Assembly (NCBI GenBank): GCA_029856045.1
Contig: JAHQWG010000025.1
Location: forward strand, 32,001 to 96,000
Direction of reading: 5' to 3'
DNA from: Promethearchaeia archaeon
GTDB taxonomy: Archaea > Asgardarchaeota > Lokiarchaeia > Sigyniarchaeales > SOKP01
DNA length: 64,000 nucleotides
The notes beneath the pieces are model-generated. The model was not told where the DNA came from. It was given only the letters and a program-made list of their open reading frames with translations, and searched no databases. The position numbers and the translations under genes are program-made. This document shows positions 49,301-60,451 of the stretch, one piece after another. Numbering within the stretch: the first letter of the stretch is position 1; each line of letters starts with the position of its first letter.

Positions 49301-50713
49301 TTATTCATTAACCTTCATTTTCTTTTTTCTTTGTATCTCAGAAATCCAATCATCGATTTTTTTTATCAATTCCCGTTTTTCTTTTAACCCTAACCCTAGG
49401 TTTGCCTCCTTACGTTGATAAATGTTTGCATATTTGCTCATCTCCCACATATAATCCGATTGTAATAAAATTTTCCTAAGATTGTCCCGAGCTAGTTCAA
49501 ATGCTTTCCCGATAGATTGCATTTCAAAATCTTCTTCAATAATTTTTTTCAAGTATAAAAGAATTTCCACAATATCACCTTTTGGCGGCTGGGGAAGCGG
49601 CTTACTTTCAACCTCGCGGCTTTTCATAAGCCTTAATTCAAATTTTTCCTCTTCTTCTTTAGGTTCATCGATTTTGGGTATTTCAATTTTATCCATATCG
49701 GAAGGTTGCATGAATTCCATATGACGCTTCTTATATTCATCTGCTAGATCCAATTTTTCCTTATCATTTCTCTTGAATTGATTTGGCCATTCAATAAAAG
49801 AATCCTGGCGGTTCTCTGCAGAGAAAAATATTGATTCTTTTTGCATCTTTTTTACGATAGTTTTATCTCTATCTTTAAAAAGTTGTGGAGTTCTTGATAT
49901 CAATACTTTTGAAGCATTTTCAAGTATTGAGGATAATAAAATAGGATCATATTCGAGATTGGAATAAATTTTCTTCAAATCTAAGATAACTTCTCTAATT
50001 TTAAGGATTTCTAAGGGGGAAAAATTGTCTTTTAAGAGTTCATCTGCTCCGAAAATAATATCATCTATTCCTGCTCTTGCATTAATATAATTGCGTACTT
50101 TATTTTCATTCATTTTTTTTGATACCAAGATTTTATTGTAAAAATCCAAGTGTGTACTTAAGAGTAAATGACCATCTATATCCAATAGATACGTATCTGG
50201 TTTATGGATTTCATCCATCATATCCAAAATAATATCCTTATTTGGTATAAATACATTTCTCATTAGAGTTCCCTTAATAAATGTTTTCTGGGTATCAGAT
50301 TTGTTAGATAAGTCAATTGGGACTTTGATTACCTTTTCACTTATAATTACATCGCGATCACTCTCTAATGTAATGTTTTTCGAGGTCGCCATATGATCAT
50401 AAACAAAATCCGATAAAATTAAACCAGTCAGTTGTTTTTTATCAAGAATATACTTACCATGTTGAAGTTCAAATTTTGTGTAATAATATCCCAAACCAAA
50501 TAGAAAATGAAGCGTTCCTTTTTCAATTGTAATTGAACTTTCAATTCCGCTTAAAAAGACCAAAAAATCAGAATGGATTTTCGAGATATCTTGACTTACA
50601 TATTTACCCAATGTAGGATAACCTAATAAATCTCCCCAGCTAGGAATAATAAAGAGCATATTATTGGTAATTAACTTATCTTGCATGATTTCACTACGCG
50701 AGTTGGATTCCAC
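49301..50713 (-). CDS. Hypothetical protein with a C-terminal helical domain shared with 34271-35284
   Basis: 470-aa ORF with globular N-terminus, KPLPQPP linker and C-terminal helical domain. Confidence 0.78.
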   Translation of the reverse strand: MESNSRSEIMQDKLITNNMLFIIPSWGDLLGYPTLGKYVSQDISKIHSDFLVFLSGIESSITIEKGTLHFLFGLGYYYTKFELQHGKYILDKKQLTGLILSDFVYDHMATSKNITLESDRDVIISEKVIKVPIDLSNKSDTQKTFIKGTLMRNVFIPNKDIILDMMDEIHKPDTYLLDIDGHLLLSTHLDFYNKILVSKKMNENKVRNYINARAGIDDIIFGADELLKDNFSPLEILKIREVILDLKKIYSNLEYDPILLSSILENASKVLISRTPQLFKDRDKTIVKKMQKESIFFSAENRQDSFIEWPNQFKRNDKEKLDLADEYKKRHMEFMQPSDMDKIEIPKIDEPKEEEEKFELRLMKSREVESKPLPQPPKGDIVEILLYLKKIIEEDFEMQSIGKAFELARDNLRKILLQSDYMWEMSKYANIYQRKEANLGLGLKEKRELIKKIDDWISEIQRKKKMKVNE

Positions 50714-50927
50714 TTTTTAATTCAACTTTTGAATTAAAACATTTATTTCAAAAAGTTCAAATTAAATTATTTTTTAGTGTTTTTAAGCTTTATAGTTGCT
50801 TTGAAATTAAATTTTTATTTTGATCATAAAATTGAGTTTGCGCATATCCCAGAGTTAAGTTTATATCATTTTTTTTAGTTTTTCTTCAAATTAGAATTAG
50901 ATAAGTATAAGTTATAAAAATTTAAAT

Positions 50928-52607
50928 TTAAATTTTATAAATGGCACCGTATTTTGCGGAGGAAACGATTTTAGAATAGATACTTAAATATCCAAAATCT
51001 ATTTTTTGTTTAGGTTGCTTCCATTGACCGAGCCTTTCTTTTATCTCATCATCAGATAATCTTATTTCCAATCTTCTATTAGGAATATCAATATTAATTA
51101 AATCACCATCTTGTACAATAGCAATAGGTCCGCCTTCATATGCTTCAGGACATACATGACCTATGCACGGTCCGCGCGTAGCACCGGAATACCTACCATC
51201 GGTAATCATTGCGACTGATTTGTCTAATCCCATTCCAACAAGAATTGCAGCTGGAATAGATAATTCTCGCATTCCCGGAGAACCTTTCGGACCCTCATAT
51301 CGAATTATTAAAACATCCCCTTGTTCAATTTTTTTAGAAAATAAAGCATCTCTTAAATCTTCTTCGCATTCAAATACTTTAGCTGGACCTTTATGTTGGA
51401 GCATTTCAGGATTTACAGCACTTATTTTTACTACTGCTCCTTCGGGTGCTAAATTTCCCTTTAGTATCGCAATCCCTCCTTCGTTTGCGAGTGGGTTTTC
51501 TAATTGTCTAATAATTTCGTTTTCAATAATTTTTACTTGTTCTAAAGATTCTTTAAATATTAGATTCAAAATATTTTTTGTATTGAGATTTAATTTGGGA
51601 GTCAATTTTTTCATTAGTGACATAACACCTCCAGCCTTATGAAAATCTGTAATGTTATAATTTGAAGCTGGTTTAAATTTCGCTAAAAGAGGAACTGATC
51701 TGCTTAAGGTTTCAAAATCATCATGAGTTAATTTCCCTCCAATCTCATGCGATAAAGCACACATATGCAAGATCATATTGGTTGAGCCGCCAAATGATAG
51801 AGCAACCTTACATGCATTCCTAATTGATTCATCATTTATTAAATCCCGTGCAATAATCCCATTTTTTATTAAGTCCATTACACACCGACCAGCTTTAATA
51901 GCGATTTTAAATTGCTCAGGCTCATTTGCAGTAATCGTAGCGGTTCCAGGCAAAGATAAGCCTAATGCTTCAACAATACAAGCCATCGTAATGGCAGTTC
52001 CCATCATATTGCATGTGCCGGAGGTATAACATGTCTCTTGGGTTATCATATCTAATTGCTTTTCTGTAATTTTTCCAACATTATACATTCCAATTGCCTC
52101 TTTTATATCACATGTTACAAAAGTTTGGCCCTTGAAAAAGCCCTCTGTAAAAGTTCGAGGTTTCATTACCCCACCCGTTAAAAATGCGGTTGGAATATTA
52201 CATCTTGCAGCAGCCATCAACATTCCTGGAATAATTTTATCACAGGAGCATATCATTACCATTCCATCAAAATTATGAGCTTTTATAACGCATTCAACTG
52301 AAGAGGCAATAAGTTCTCGAGATGGTAGAATATATTTTGAGAAATTCCCGCTGTTGGCAATACCATCACATGGAGCAATTGTATTAATTTCCATGGGAGT
52401 GCCGCCTGCATCTGCAACTCCCATTTTAACATAATTACTAAGTTCTCTTAAATGAATATGACCAGGATTTATTTCAGTCCATGAATTAACTATTGCTACT
52501 CTAGGTTTTTCAAGATCTTCATCTGAATACCCACATGCATGATATAATGCTTTCTCATACACTCTTGATACATCTATTTTTGCTCTATCTTTACTCATTT
52601 TTATCAA
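50928..52607 (-). CDS. ilvD: IlvD/Edd-family dehydratase (dihydroxy-acid or sugar-acid dehydratase); likely start 52598
   Basis: [53 protein letters not shown]. Confidence 0.9.
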   Translation of the reverse strand: MIKMSKDRAKIDVSRVYEKALYHACGYSDEDLEKPRVAIVNSWTEINPGHIHLRELSNYVKMGVADAGGTPMEINTIAPCDGIANSGNFSKYILPSRELIASSVECVIKAHNFDGMVMICSCDKIIPGMLMAAARCNIPTAFLTGGVMKPRTFTEGFFKGQTFVTCDIKEAIGMYNVGKITEKQLDMITQETCYTSGTCNMMGTAITMACIVEALGLSLPGTATITANEPEQFKIAIKAGRCVMDLIKNGIIARDLINDESIRNACKVALSFGGSTNMILHMCALSHEIGGKLTHDDFETLSRSVPLLAKFKPASNYNITDFHKAGGVMSLMKKLTPKLNLNTKNILNLIFKESLEQVKIIENEIIRQLENPLANEGGIAILKGNLAPEGAVVKISAVNPEMLQHKGPAKVFECEEDLRDALFSKKIEQGDVLIIRYEGPKGSPGMRELSIPAAILVGMGLDKSVAMITDGRYSGATRGPCIGHVCPEAYEGGPIAIVQDGDLINIDIPNRRLEIRLSDDEIKERLGQWKQPKQKIDFGYLSIYSKIVSSAKYGAIYKI

Positions 52608-52709
52608 TTTAGAGAATTTTTAAATTAAAAAAAAAATTATTCATAAATATTTTAGAATCATTAAAATTAAAATATTATATAATAATTACAATAACTTTAA
52701 GGTTTTATT

Positions 52710-53834
52710 ATGGAAAGGTTAAAAGTTGGAATTATTGGTTGTGGTATGATTTTTGATTTAAATATTCTTGGCTATTTGGATAATGATGATGTAGAAATTA
52801 TATGTCTTTGTGATCGAAGGCAACGGAGAATAAAAGAAAAAATTACTAAATTCAATATTAACCCAGATATAAAGATATATAAAGATTATAAAGATATGCT
52901 CGATTCTGAAAACATCGACATATTAGAAATATTATTACCTCATAATTTGCATTGTGATGTTACCCTTTATGCAGCTAAAAGAAAAATAAAAGGTATAAGT
53001 GTTCAAAAACCAATGGCAACAACAATATCAGAATGTGATAAAATGATCAAATCTTGTAAAGATAATAACGTCAAACTAAAGATTTTTGAGAATTTCACGT
53101 TCTATCCCCCAATTTTACGCGCAAAACAACTATTAAAAGAAGGGATAATTGGGGAATTAAATTCATTTCATATAAAAACTATTGAAGCATCAAGTGGAGG
53201 ATGGAATATTCCAAAGAGCACACTGAATTGGAGACTTGCCCCAGATAGTTGTGGTGGAGGATTGGAATGCGGATCTCCGTTCATTTTTGATGATGGATAT
53301 CATAAATTTTGGCTTGCATTACATTTAATTGATGAAAAAATTGAAAAAGTTTTTGCCTGGGTAGATAGATACAATAATTTGGATATCCCAGCGTATATGA
53401 TGTGGAAATATCGTTCTCCAAAAGGTTCAAATCTTAATATGCCCCATTATGGTACCTTGGAATTTAATTTTTCTCCCGAAATGTTATTACCAAGCCCTTA
53501 TTATGCTTGTGATGAATTTATTTCAATTATAGGATCTAAAGGAATAATGTGGATCAACCAAGCAACTTCTGGAGGGAATATAATGTCAAAATCCGAAGTT
53601 TTTCCGGCGATTGTAATATTCCGAGATGGGAAAATTGAAACGATTTCAGATATGGAAAGAGATTGGAAATATGGATTCATTAATTCTACTAAACACTTTA
53701 TTGAAGTTATTAAAAATGATGGGATTCCCTTATTAACGGGCGAAGAGGGGAAATATTGTACTCAATTTGCTTTAGCCGCATTAAAATCTTCAATGGCTGG
53801 AAAAGAAATTTGTCCAGATGAAATTACTGAATAA
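52710..53834 (+). CDS. Gfo/Idh/MocA family NAD(P) oxidoreductase
   Basis: GIIGCG, LPHNLH, QKPMA, DDGYH. Confidence 0.9.
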   Translation: MERLKVGIIGCGMIFDLNILGYLDNDDVEIICLCDRRQRRIKEKITKFNINPDIKIYKDYKDMLDSENIDILEILLPHNLHCDVTLYAAKRKIKGISVQKPMATTISECDKMIKSCKDNNVKLKIFENFTFYPPILRAKQLLKEGIIGELNSFHIKTIEASSGGWNIPKSTLNWRLAPDSCGGGLECGSPFIFDDGYHKFWLALHLIDEKIEKVFAWVDRYNNLDIPAYMMWKYRSPKGSNLNMPHYGTLEFNFSPEMLLPSPYYACDEFISIIGSKGIMWINQATSGGNIMSKSEVFPAIVIFRDGKIETISDMERDWKYGFINSTKHFIEVIKNDGIPLLTGEEGKYCTQFALAALKSSMAGKEICPDEITE

Positions 53835-53901
53835 TTATGTAAATCTTATCATTGTACTTATTTAAAAAATAAAATTTTTGAAATTTACAAAATATTATTA
53901 A

Positions 53902-55086
53902 TTATTCTAAAGAAAATGGAAAAGTTCCACGAACTCTCCATATTGCTATATCATTAAAACCTAATTTTTCAGCTTGTGTCTTCTCTCCATTACAAATATC
54001 TTTTAACTTTTGCCATAAAAATGCCGATACATCTTCAATTTTTTTATTTTCTGTTATAATTTTACTGGCATCTACATCAATATTACATCCCATCCAATCA
54101 CAAGTTTTTGGGTTTCCACAGATCTTTATAACCGGCGATATTAAGTTACCCACAGGGCTGCCTCTTCCAGTTGTCATTATTATTACCTGAGCACCTGCAG
54201 CTGCCAATCCCGTCATAGATTCCACATCTAATCCGGGTTCTATCATTAACCATAATCCCTTTCCTTTTGGTTTTTCAGAATAATTTAAGATCCCTTGAAT
54301 AGATGCTTTTCCTGCCTTTGCAATCGTTCCCAACGATTTCTCTTCTATTGTACTTAGACCACCTTGAATATTACCTGGTGTGGGCTGTATTCCTCTGAAA
54401 TCGATACCTAATTTCATAATATTTTCTAAAAAATTTTCCAAAATAGATTTTATTTTCTCTGCAACTTCTTCATTATTCGCGCGTTTCATCAATAAATGTT
54501 CGGTCCCGATCCATTCAGTAAATTCTGGAAGTATCGAGGTGCCTCCTAATTTAACGATTTTATCTGATATAATTCCAACGGCTGGATTTGCTGTGATCCC
54601 TGATATCGAGTCAGACCCTCCGCATTCTAAACCTAAAACTAGATTTGAAAAATCAAACGGCTCTCGTTTAATCTCATTAGCTTCAGCTGTCATTTTTTTT
54701 CCAACTTTTATTCCTTTTTCGATGGCGGCAATTGTTCCACCTTTTATATCTTGAACATTAAAGAATTCAACTGGTTTCTTAGACCTTTTAATCTGATTTG
54801 CCAATAACTTGCTGGTAAGATTTTCACAACCTAATCCTATTATAACAACTCCATAAATATTAGGATTACTGGCAAGACCAACTAATGTACGAATAGTATA
54901 TGTTAAATCTGGACCAAATTGACCACAACCAAGAGGATGAGTAATTGCTATGGAATTTTCTAATTTGTTTGAAATTTGTTGCGCAACATTATTAACACAA
55001 ACTACAGAAGAAAGAATAGCTATTTTATTGCGAATTCCAACCAAACCTTTTGCCCGTTGATACCCTAAAAATTCATCGTTCATCAT
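53902..55086 (-). CDS. UxaA/GarD/SuyB-family dehydratase or sulfo-lyase, large subunit
   Basis: GIRN, SVVC, HPLGCGQ, GLGCE, ECGGSD, PTPGNIQGGLSTIEEKSLG, TTGRG. Confidence 0.9.
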   Translation of the reverse strand: MMNDEFLGYQRAKGLVGIRNKIAILSSVVCVNNVAQQISNKLENSIAITHPLGCGQFGPDLTYTIRTLVGLASNPNIYGVVIIGLGCENLTSKLLANQIKRSKKPVEFFNVQDIKGGTIAAIEKGIKVGKKMTAEANEIKREPFDFSNLVLGLECGGSDSISGITANPAVGIISDKIVKLGGTSILPEFTEWIGTEHLLMKRANNEEVAEKIKSILENFLENIMKLGIDFRGIQPTPGNIQGGLSTIEEKSLGTIAKAGKASIQGILNYSEKPKGKGLWLMIEPGLDVESMTGLAAAGAQVIIMTTGRGSPVGNLISPVIKICGNPKTCDWMGCNIDVDASKIITENKKIEDVSAFLWQKLKDICNGEKTQAEKLGFNDIAIWRVRGTFPFSLE

Positions 55087-55367
55087 TTTGTCTCCTCTAA
55101 ATAATGACTTTGAATATTATGAATATGAACCCAATCTCCAGCTTTTATATCTTTAATTGCAATACCAATAATTTCGCCATATTTTACTACATGATTACCC
55201 TTATTTATATTTTTTAAAGCAAACTTATGACCAAAAGGTATATCTTGTTTGATTTTAATTAAATTATCGTTTATATCAAATTCTTCATCTTGAGGAATAT
55301 TATCTAAGGATGTGGCGCAATTATCTTCAATATTCATAATAATGTATTTATTTTTCATTTTAATCAT
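55083..55367 (-). CDS. UxaA/SuyA-type SAF-domain small subunit; likely start 55358
   Basis: DNCAT, IPFGHKFAL, VVKYGEIIG, WVHIHN; 4-bp overlap with the large subunit. Confidence 0.9.
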   Translation of the reverse strand: MIKMKNKYIIMNIEDNCATSLDNIPQDEEFDINDNLIKIKQDIPFGHKFALKNINKGNHVVKYGEIIGIAIKDIKAGDWVHIHNIQSHYLEETK

Positions 55368-55448
55368 ATTTTTTATTATTAATGTAGACTTGTAAGTTTA
55401 AAAAAATAAACTACTTCAAAAATAAGAAAAAAATAATATAAATTAAGT

Positions 55449-55835
55449 TTAAATTGTTGCTATTGCATCTATTTCAATTAACATACTTTCCAAGGGCAAA
55501 TTTGAAACTTCTATAGTGGTTCTTGCCGGAAACTTTTCATCTACTCCATTTGATTCAAAAAAGCTTTTATAAGCGCTGTTCATACTTTTAAAGTTTCCCA
55601 TATTTTTCAAATATACAGTGACTTTAACAATATTTGAAACATGGGCACCTGCTGCCTCTAAAATTGTTTTTACTTTTTCAAAACCAGTCGTTGTTTGTTC
55701 AGTAATATCAGTTGTTCCGGGAGCTGCTCCTTGTCCTGATACAAATATCAAATTACCCACCTTTATAGCATGACTATATGGTCCAACTTTAGGAGTTCCC
55801 GCATCAATAACTTCTTTTTCTACCATTTTTATCAC
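55449..55835 (-). CDS. ridA: RidA/YjgF enamine-imine deaminase; likely start 55826
   Basis: GPYSHA, VSGQ, VKVTVYL, FPART (catalytic Arg), IEIDAIA. Confidence 0.9.
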   Translation of the reverse strand: MIKMVEKEVIDAGTPKVGPYSHAIKVGNLIFVSGQGAAPGTTDITEQTTTGFEKVKTILEAAGAHVSNIVKVTVYLKNMGNFKSMNSAYKSFFESNGVDEKFPARTTIEVSNLPLESMLIEIDAIATI

Positions 55836-55836
55836 T

Positions 55837-56928
55837 TTAATAATTTTTTCCTCGAGCTGATATTTCCCATTTATCTATTAATTTATCATCCTTTATAACA
55901 TTAAAAAAGTCATATAAATTTACAGTTGGACATACATGACCGGGGATTAGTTCTACCTTTTGACCAATTTCAAAAGAGTCATCTTTACCTGCTCTAAATT
56001 GACCATGCTCTTCAGTCAATAAGGTCATTTTTGATTTAGGATACTCTTTAAAAATAGGTTTTCCATCTGCAGTTGAACATGCTTTTGAACCCATATCTAA
56101 TGTAAAATTTCTTTTTCCAGTTTGATTATTAATAGTCGCTAAAATAGTAAGAGCAATCTCAAAGTTAGGAACGCATTTACTCATATGCTCATCAAAAAAA
56201 GGATACGTTCCAGGTTGAATTTCTGTTATACCGGGATATTTTCCCGCAATCATATATGTTCCAGATCCAGATGTAGTTATATATTCAATTTCAAAACCAT
56301 TTTCATTCAATAAATCTCGAGTATCAACTAACATCTTCATGCATAACTCTGTCTGTTGTTTTTTATACCCAAAATCTGTTAAATATGTTAAATGTCCTTC
56401 ATAACCCATAAACCCTACAAGCTCAAGATTAGGTAATTCTTTTATAAATTTAGCCAACTTTAATACTGACTTTCCGGGTTTAACTCCAGTTCTTCCTAGA
56501 CCTACATCAATATCAATCAAAACTTCCAATTTAACATTTACCTTATTAGCCAATTTACTTAAATCATTTATATTTTTCTTTGAATCAACACAAACCCTTA
56601 CTAAATTTTTCTTATTAATTTCTATCAGTCGTATCATCTTATTAATTTCTACAACTTCATTAGCAATTAAAATATCATTAAATCCTTTTTCTGTAAATAC
56701 CTCTGCTTCCCCAATCGTTGCGACACATATGCCACAAGCACCCGCTTCCAATTGCATTTGACCAATCTTGGGACATTTATGGGTTTTTATATGTGGTCGA
56801 AGATTAACTTTATTTTCCTTAGCAAAATTTGCCATAGTTTCAATATTTTTTACTAATTTATTATAATCAATCACTAATGCTGGAGTAGATACATTTTCAA
56901 GCCAACCTAATCCCATAATCAAATCCAC
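55837..56928 (-). CDS. DSD1/D-threonine aldolase family PLP enzyme (alanine racemase-like fold)
   Basis: TPAL, LRPHIKTHK, RTGV, YEGH, SGT, QPGTY, EEHG, PGHVCPTVNL. Confidence 0.9.
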   Translation of the reverse strand: MDLIMGLGWLENVSTPALVIDYNKLVKNIETMANFAKENKVNLRPHIKTHKCPKIGQMQLEAGACGICVATIGEAEVFTEKGFNDILIANEVVEINKMIRLIEINKKNLVRVCVDSKKNINDLSKLANKVNVKLEVLIDIDVGLGRTGVKPGKSVLKLAKFIKELPNLELVGFMGYEGHLTYLTDFGYKKQQTELCMKMLVDTRDLLNENGFEIEYITTSGSGTYMIAGKYPGITEIQPGTYPFFDEHMSKCVPNFEIALTILATINNQTGKRNFTLDMGSKACSTADGKPIFKEYPKSKMTLLTEEHGQFRAGKDDSFEIGQKVELIPGHVCPTVNLYDFFNVIKDDKLIDKWEISARGKNY

Positions 56929-57093
56929 TTCAAATATTTAAATATTATGCATAATAAATGGTTTTTAAAATTAAAGATTTTGAAATTTTATTGAATCCTT
57001 TTTTCGCATTTTAATTTTTATTAAATTTAACAAAATTTAATTGGATTTTTTAATTCTTTTCTTTATCATTGTTGAGGCATATTTATCAGAAAA

Positions 57094-58296
57094 ATGAAGG
57101 GCATTAATTATCGATTCTATCCATTATGGTACTTGGCATTTTTAAGAGTCGCTATTGGAATGATGATTGGATTGGCTACACCCTTATATTTTATTGAAGA
57201 AGGGCTAAATCCTGAGATTCTAGGCTTTCTTATCTCTGCAACCGCTTTAGCTTATTTGTTTTCACCTTTCCTTTTAAGAAATGTGCCAAAGAAAATAGGA
57301 ATAAAAAAAAGCCTTATAATTTCAATGGCTGGAACTCTAATTGTACAAATAGGATTTCAAATTTCTTTGGATCCCTTGGTAGCATTCATACTAAGATTTG
57401 CGGATGGAGTTTTTTTGGGGTTATTTTGGCCCGTTATTCAGGGTTCGATTTCTATTATTTCGACTTATGAGGGTTTACGGGAAAATAATGAGTTAAAAGA
57501 TAAAGTTATGAATCTTTATTCTATTTATTGGAATGTAGGAGGTGTTTTCAGCTATGCATTAGGCACAATTGTTTTGTTTTTTATTGAAAATGTCCTTTTA
57601 ATGTTTGATATTACCTTAATTTACGCAATAATAGGCGTTATTTTAGTTTTTGTTTTTGAAGAACCTAAATCTAATTTATCTAAAGAAAACTTTTCACTAG
57701 AACAAGAAAGATTAAAACCTAATTCTCAAAGAGAACATGTGAAATTTCCAATTTTTATTCCACTTTTTTTAATGGGAATTTATGCGCTATTACTTAGTTC
57801 AGTTGGATTGATTTATCCAGCAAAATCTGAATTTTTAGATTATGCAGTTTTTACAAATTACTTGTTCTTTTTCATCCGGCTCAGTGTGCAAGCTTTTTTA
57901 ATTTCACAAACAATGCATTTATCAATTAATTCTTTTAAGAAGATAATGCCGTACCTCATAATAACTCTGAGCCTTTGTTTATTAATATGGGGGTTAACCG
58001 AAAATCTCATTATTTTAGCAATTTTATTTGCCATTTTTGGGGTTTGTATTTCATTTTTCTACAGTTTTTCCTTCAAATTAGTAATTTTTCGCAATATTGC
58101 AGAAGATACAACAAAATATAGCATGTATTTTGAAACTGCGGCAGGTATTTGCTTCTTTATAGGACCGATATTAAGTGGTTTTTTAATTGCAATCGATTTT
58201 AACTTAGCATTTTTTATTATGTCGTTTATCTCACTTCTTAGTCTCATTATTTATCTTTCATTGAAAAATAAAATTAAAAGTGAAGAGGTTAAATAA
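57094..58296 (+). CDS. MFS transporter
   Basis: About 12 hydrophobic segments in two halves; LRFADG motif. Confidence 0.82.
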   Translation: MKGINYRFYPLWYLAFLRVAIGMMIGLATPLYFIEEGLNPEILGFLISATALAYLFSPFLLRNVPKKIGIKKSLIISMAGTLIVQIGFQISLDPLVAFILRFADGVFLGLFWPVIQGSISIISTYEGLRENNELKDKVMNLYSIYWNVGGVFSYALGTIVLFFIENVLLMFDITLIYAIIGVILVFVFEEPKSNLSKENFSLEQERLKPNSQREHVKFPIFIPLFLMGIYALLLSSVGLIYPAKSEFLDYAVFTNYLFFFIRLSVQAFLISQTMHLSINSFKKIMPYLIITLSLCLLIWGLTENLIILAILFAIFGVCISFFYSFSFKLVIFRNIAEDTTKYSMYFETAAGICFFIGPILSGFLIAIDFNLAFFIMSFISLLSLIIYLSLKNKIKSEEVK

Positions 58297-58455
58297 ACAG
58301 ATAAACAGTAAACCTAAGAAAAAGTGAAGATTAGAAATAATTTTAATTTTTAATTAGTTTTAATGAGAATTTAAAAGTAAAAGGTTTAAATATTCTTATA
58401 TTCATTTGTTAATTTATAAAAAGAATTTTAATAAAAAATAATAAAGTTGTAAATA

Positions 58456-58971
58456 ATGGGCGCTGGAAAAGGTTTAAGTATTTTAGCTGGAATTTTAATC
58501 ATAGTCGCTACTTTTGTATTATCTTGGTTTACAGTTGCTGGTCCCGAATATGCTTATGGTATTGGATTAGTAAAGAACATAATGGGAATGTTTACAGATG
58601 CTGCAACATTAGCAACTTCATGGGGGGTTGAAACATTTGTAATTTACATTGTAGCTGTTGTGTATATTTTATTCTTAATTTCTGGAATTTTAGTGCTAAT
58701 CGGGGCAAAAGTTCGCGTACTGGCAATAATAGGGGCAATTGTTCCTATATTTTTATGTTATGCGATCATAGCGGGCGCTTTAAATATTCCACCAGATTTT
58801 TATCCTTATATTTCAGTATTTCTAGACTCTGAACCTCTAGTAGCAGGAATTATTCCTTTCGATTTACCTTTAGCTCCTGCCAATGCATCGGCAACAGTAT
58901 CTCTCGGAACTTATATACTTCTTGCGGGCGGTGTTTTAGGTCTTATTGGTGGAATTATGGGTCGAGATTAA
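58456..58971 (+). CDS. Small four-TM hypothetical membrane protein
   Basis: 171 aa, highly hydrophobic, Gly-rich terminal helix. Confidence 0.75.
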   Translation: MGAGKGLSILAGILIIVATFVLSWFTVAGPEYAYGIGLVKNIMGMFTDAATLATSWGVETFVIYIVAVVYILFLISGILVLIGAKVRVLAIIGAIVPIFLCYAIIAGALNIPPDFYPYISVFLDSEPLVAGIIPFDLPLAPANASATVSLGTYILLAGGVLGLIGGIMGRD

Positions 58972-58979
58972 AAATTTAA

Positions 58980-59010
58980 AATTTATTTTTTTCATTTTTA
59001 CTTTTTGATA
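58980..59010 (+). terminator. Putative archaeal oligo-T terminator
   Basis: T tracts (atttatttttttcatttttactttttg) just after the stop, between convergent genes. Confidence 0.35.
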
Positions 59011-59031
59011 ACATTCTCTTTAGGTTAGGGT

Positions 59032-60315
59032 TTAATTGTGATGTTTATGCTTAATTTGATTCATATAGATTTTTAAAAATATAAAAATTATCAATCCAAT
59101 TGAGCAAATGAAAACCCCTGCAAAAAATGATGCTTGATAGGCAAAAACTTCTTCTCTGCCTTCACTGATCAAAAAATCAATTAGGGGTCCGGAGATAATG
59201 GTGCAAGCTAATCCCCAAGAAAGGAAAAACGTAGTGTTATATATTGCAAATAATTTAGCTCGCTTTTTTGGGGGCATTAAAGCTGAGGCAATGGTATATG
59301 ATGATGCCATAATTAAAACATCTGCAGTTCCAATTAAAAAACTTCCTGCAAATATCAACGGCAAATTCATGGAAACAGCCGTAATTATAATTGCAAGTAT
59401 GCCAATAGATGTTCCGAGGATTAAAGCAACCGCATGTCCTAATTTTTTGCTTAATAATCCTGCAAAAAATCCAATCATTATATTTGCGATTGAGCGAGTA
59501 TTTGCTATAAAACTTAGCAGAATACTATCTACTGCTAAACCAGATTCCAAAGTTAAAAATTGCGAATAAGTCGTTGCGATAGAATTCCTACCGAAATTGA
59601 TAAATATCAAGGCAATGATAAAAACTATAAAAATAGTTGTGTTGTTTTCATTATTCTTATCATTATTATTGGAGGCAATCTCCAATTTTTCTATTGGATT
59701 AATTCCACCCTCCGGAGTGAATAACATGGGAATAGTAGATATAAACATTACAAAAGATGCAACAAAAAATAACGGTCCATTCCGAAATCCTAAACCATTG
59801 TCATATAATAATCCACCGATTGAGATTCCAATTACACGCCCAACTCCTCCAAGACTAGTTAAGTTACCCATTATTCTACTTCTATCTTTAAACGGGTAGA
59901 GATCGGATAATAAAGCACTCCAACCAATATTGGACATGCTCCAAAAGATTTCTACACAAGCAAGTCCAATAATAATTACATACCCTGCAATAAATAAATC
60001 GGCTATCGATGAATGGATAAACCAAACAGAAATAGTTCCTATGCCGGCTAAAACTTCACCCATTATAATTAATGTTCTACGTCGCTGAAATTTATCAGAT
60101 ACTGGTCCCCAAACAAGGTTCTGAAAGATTACACTCATTATCATGGGAATTGTGGCGTATAAAGTTGTTTCCGTTACTGATAATTTCAGAAAATTTCTTA
60201 GATAAATTGACAAAAAAGTGTAAAATAGCCCTCGTCTAAACATTGCAAGCATTTGAAAAGAAGTTAAACCAATAAAGGTGCGTGATAATGATATTTTATG
60301 TTTTTTAATTTCCAT
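59032..60315 (-). CDS. MFS transporter
   Basis: Motif A WGPVSDKFQRRR; about 12 TM segments. Confidence 0.88.
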   Translation of the reverse strand: MEIKKHKISLSRTFIGLTSFQMLAMFRRGLFYTFLSIYLRNFLKLSVTETTLYATIPMIMSVIFQNLVWGPVSDKFQRRRTLIIMGEVLAGIGTISVWFIHSSIADLFIAGYVIIIGLACVEIFWSMSNIGWSALLSDLYPFKDRSRIMGNLTSLGGVGRVIGISIGGLLYDNGLGFRNGPLFFVASFVMFISTIPMLFTPEGGINPIEKLEIASNNNDKNNENNTTIFIVFIIALIFINFGRNSIATTYSQFLTLESGLAVDSILLSFIANTRSIANIMIGFFAGLLSKKLGHAVALILGTSIGILAIIITAVSMNLPLIFAGSFLIGTADVLIMASSYTIASALMPPKKRAKLFAIYNTTFFLSWGLACTIISGPLIDFLISEGREEVFAYQASFFAGVFICSIGLIIFIFLKIYMNQIKHKHHN

Positions 60316-60451
60316 TTTTTGTTATATTAGTTAGTGTAGTGTTGTATTTTTACTATAGTATTTTAATATTTTGGAATTTTATTTAACTTTCTCCATATAA
60401 AAAATAAAATTAAATATAATTAGAGAGTGATATTAAATAAAAATAAAAAAG

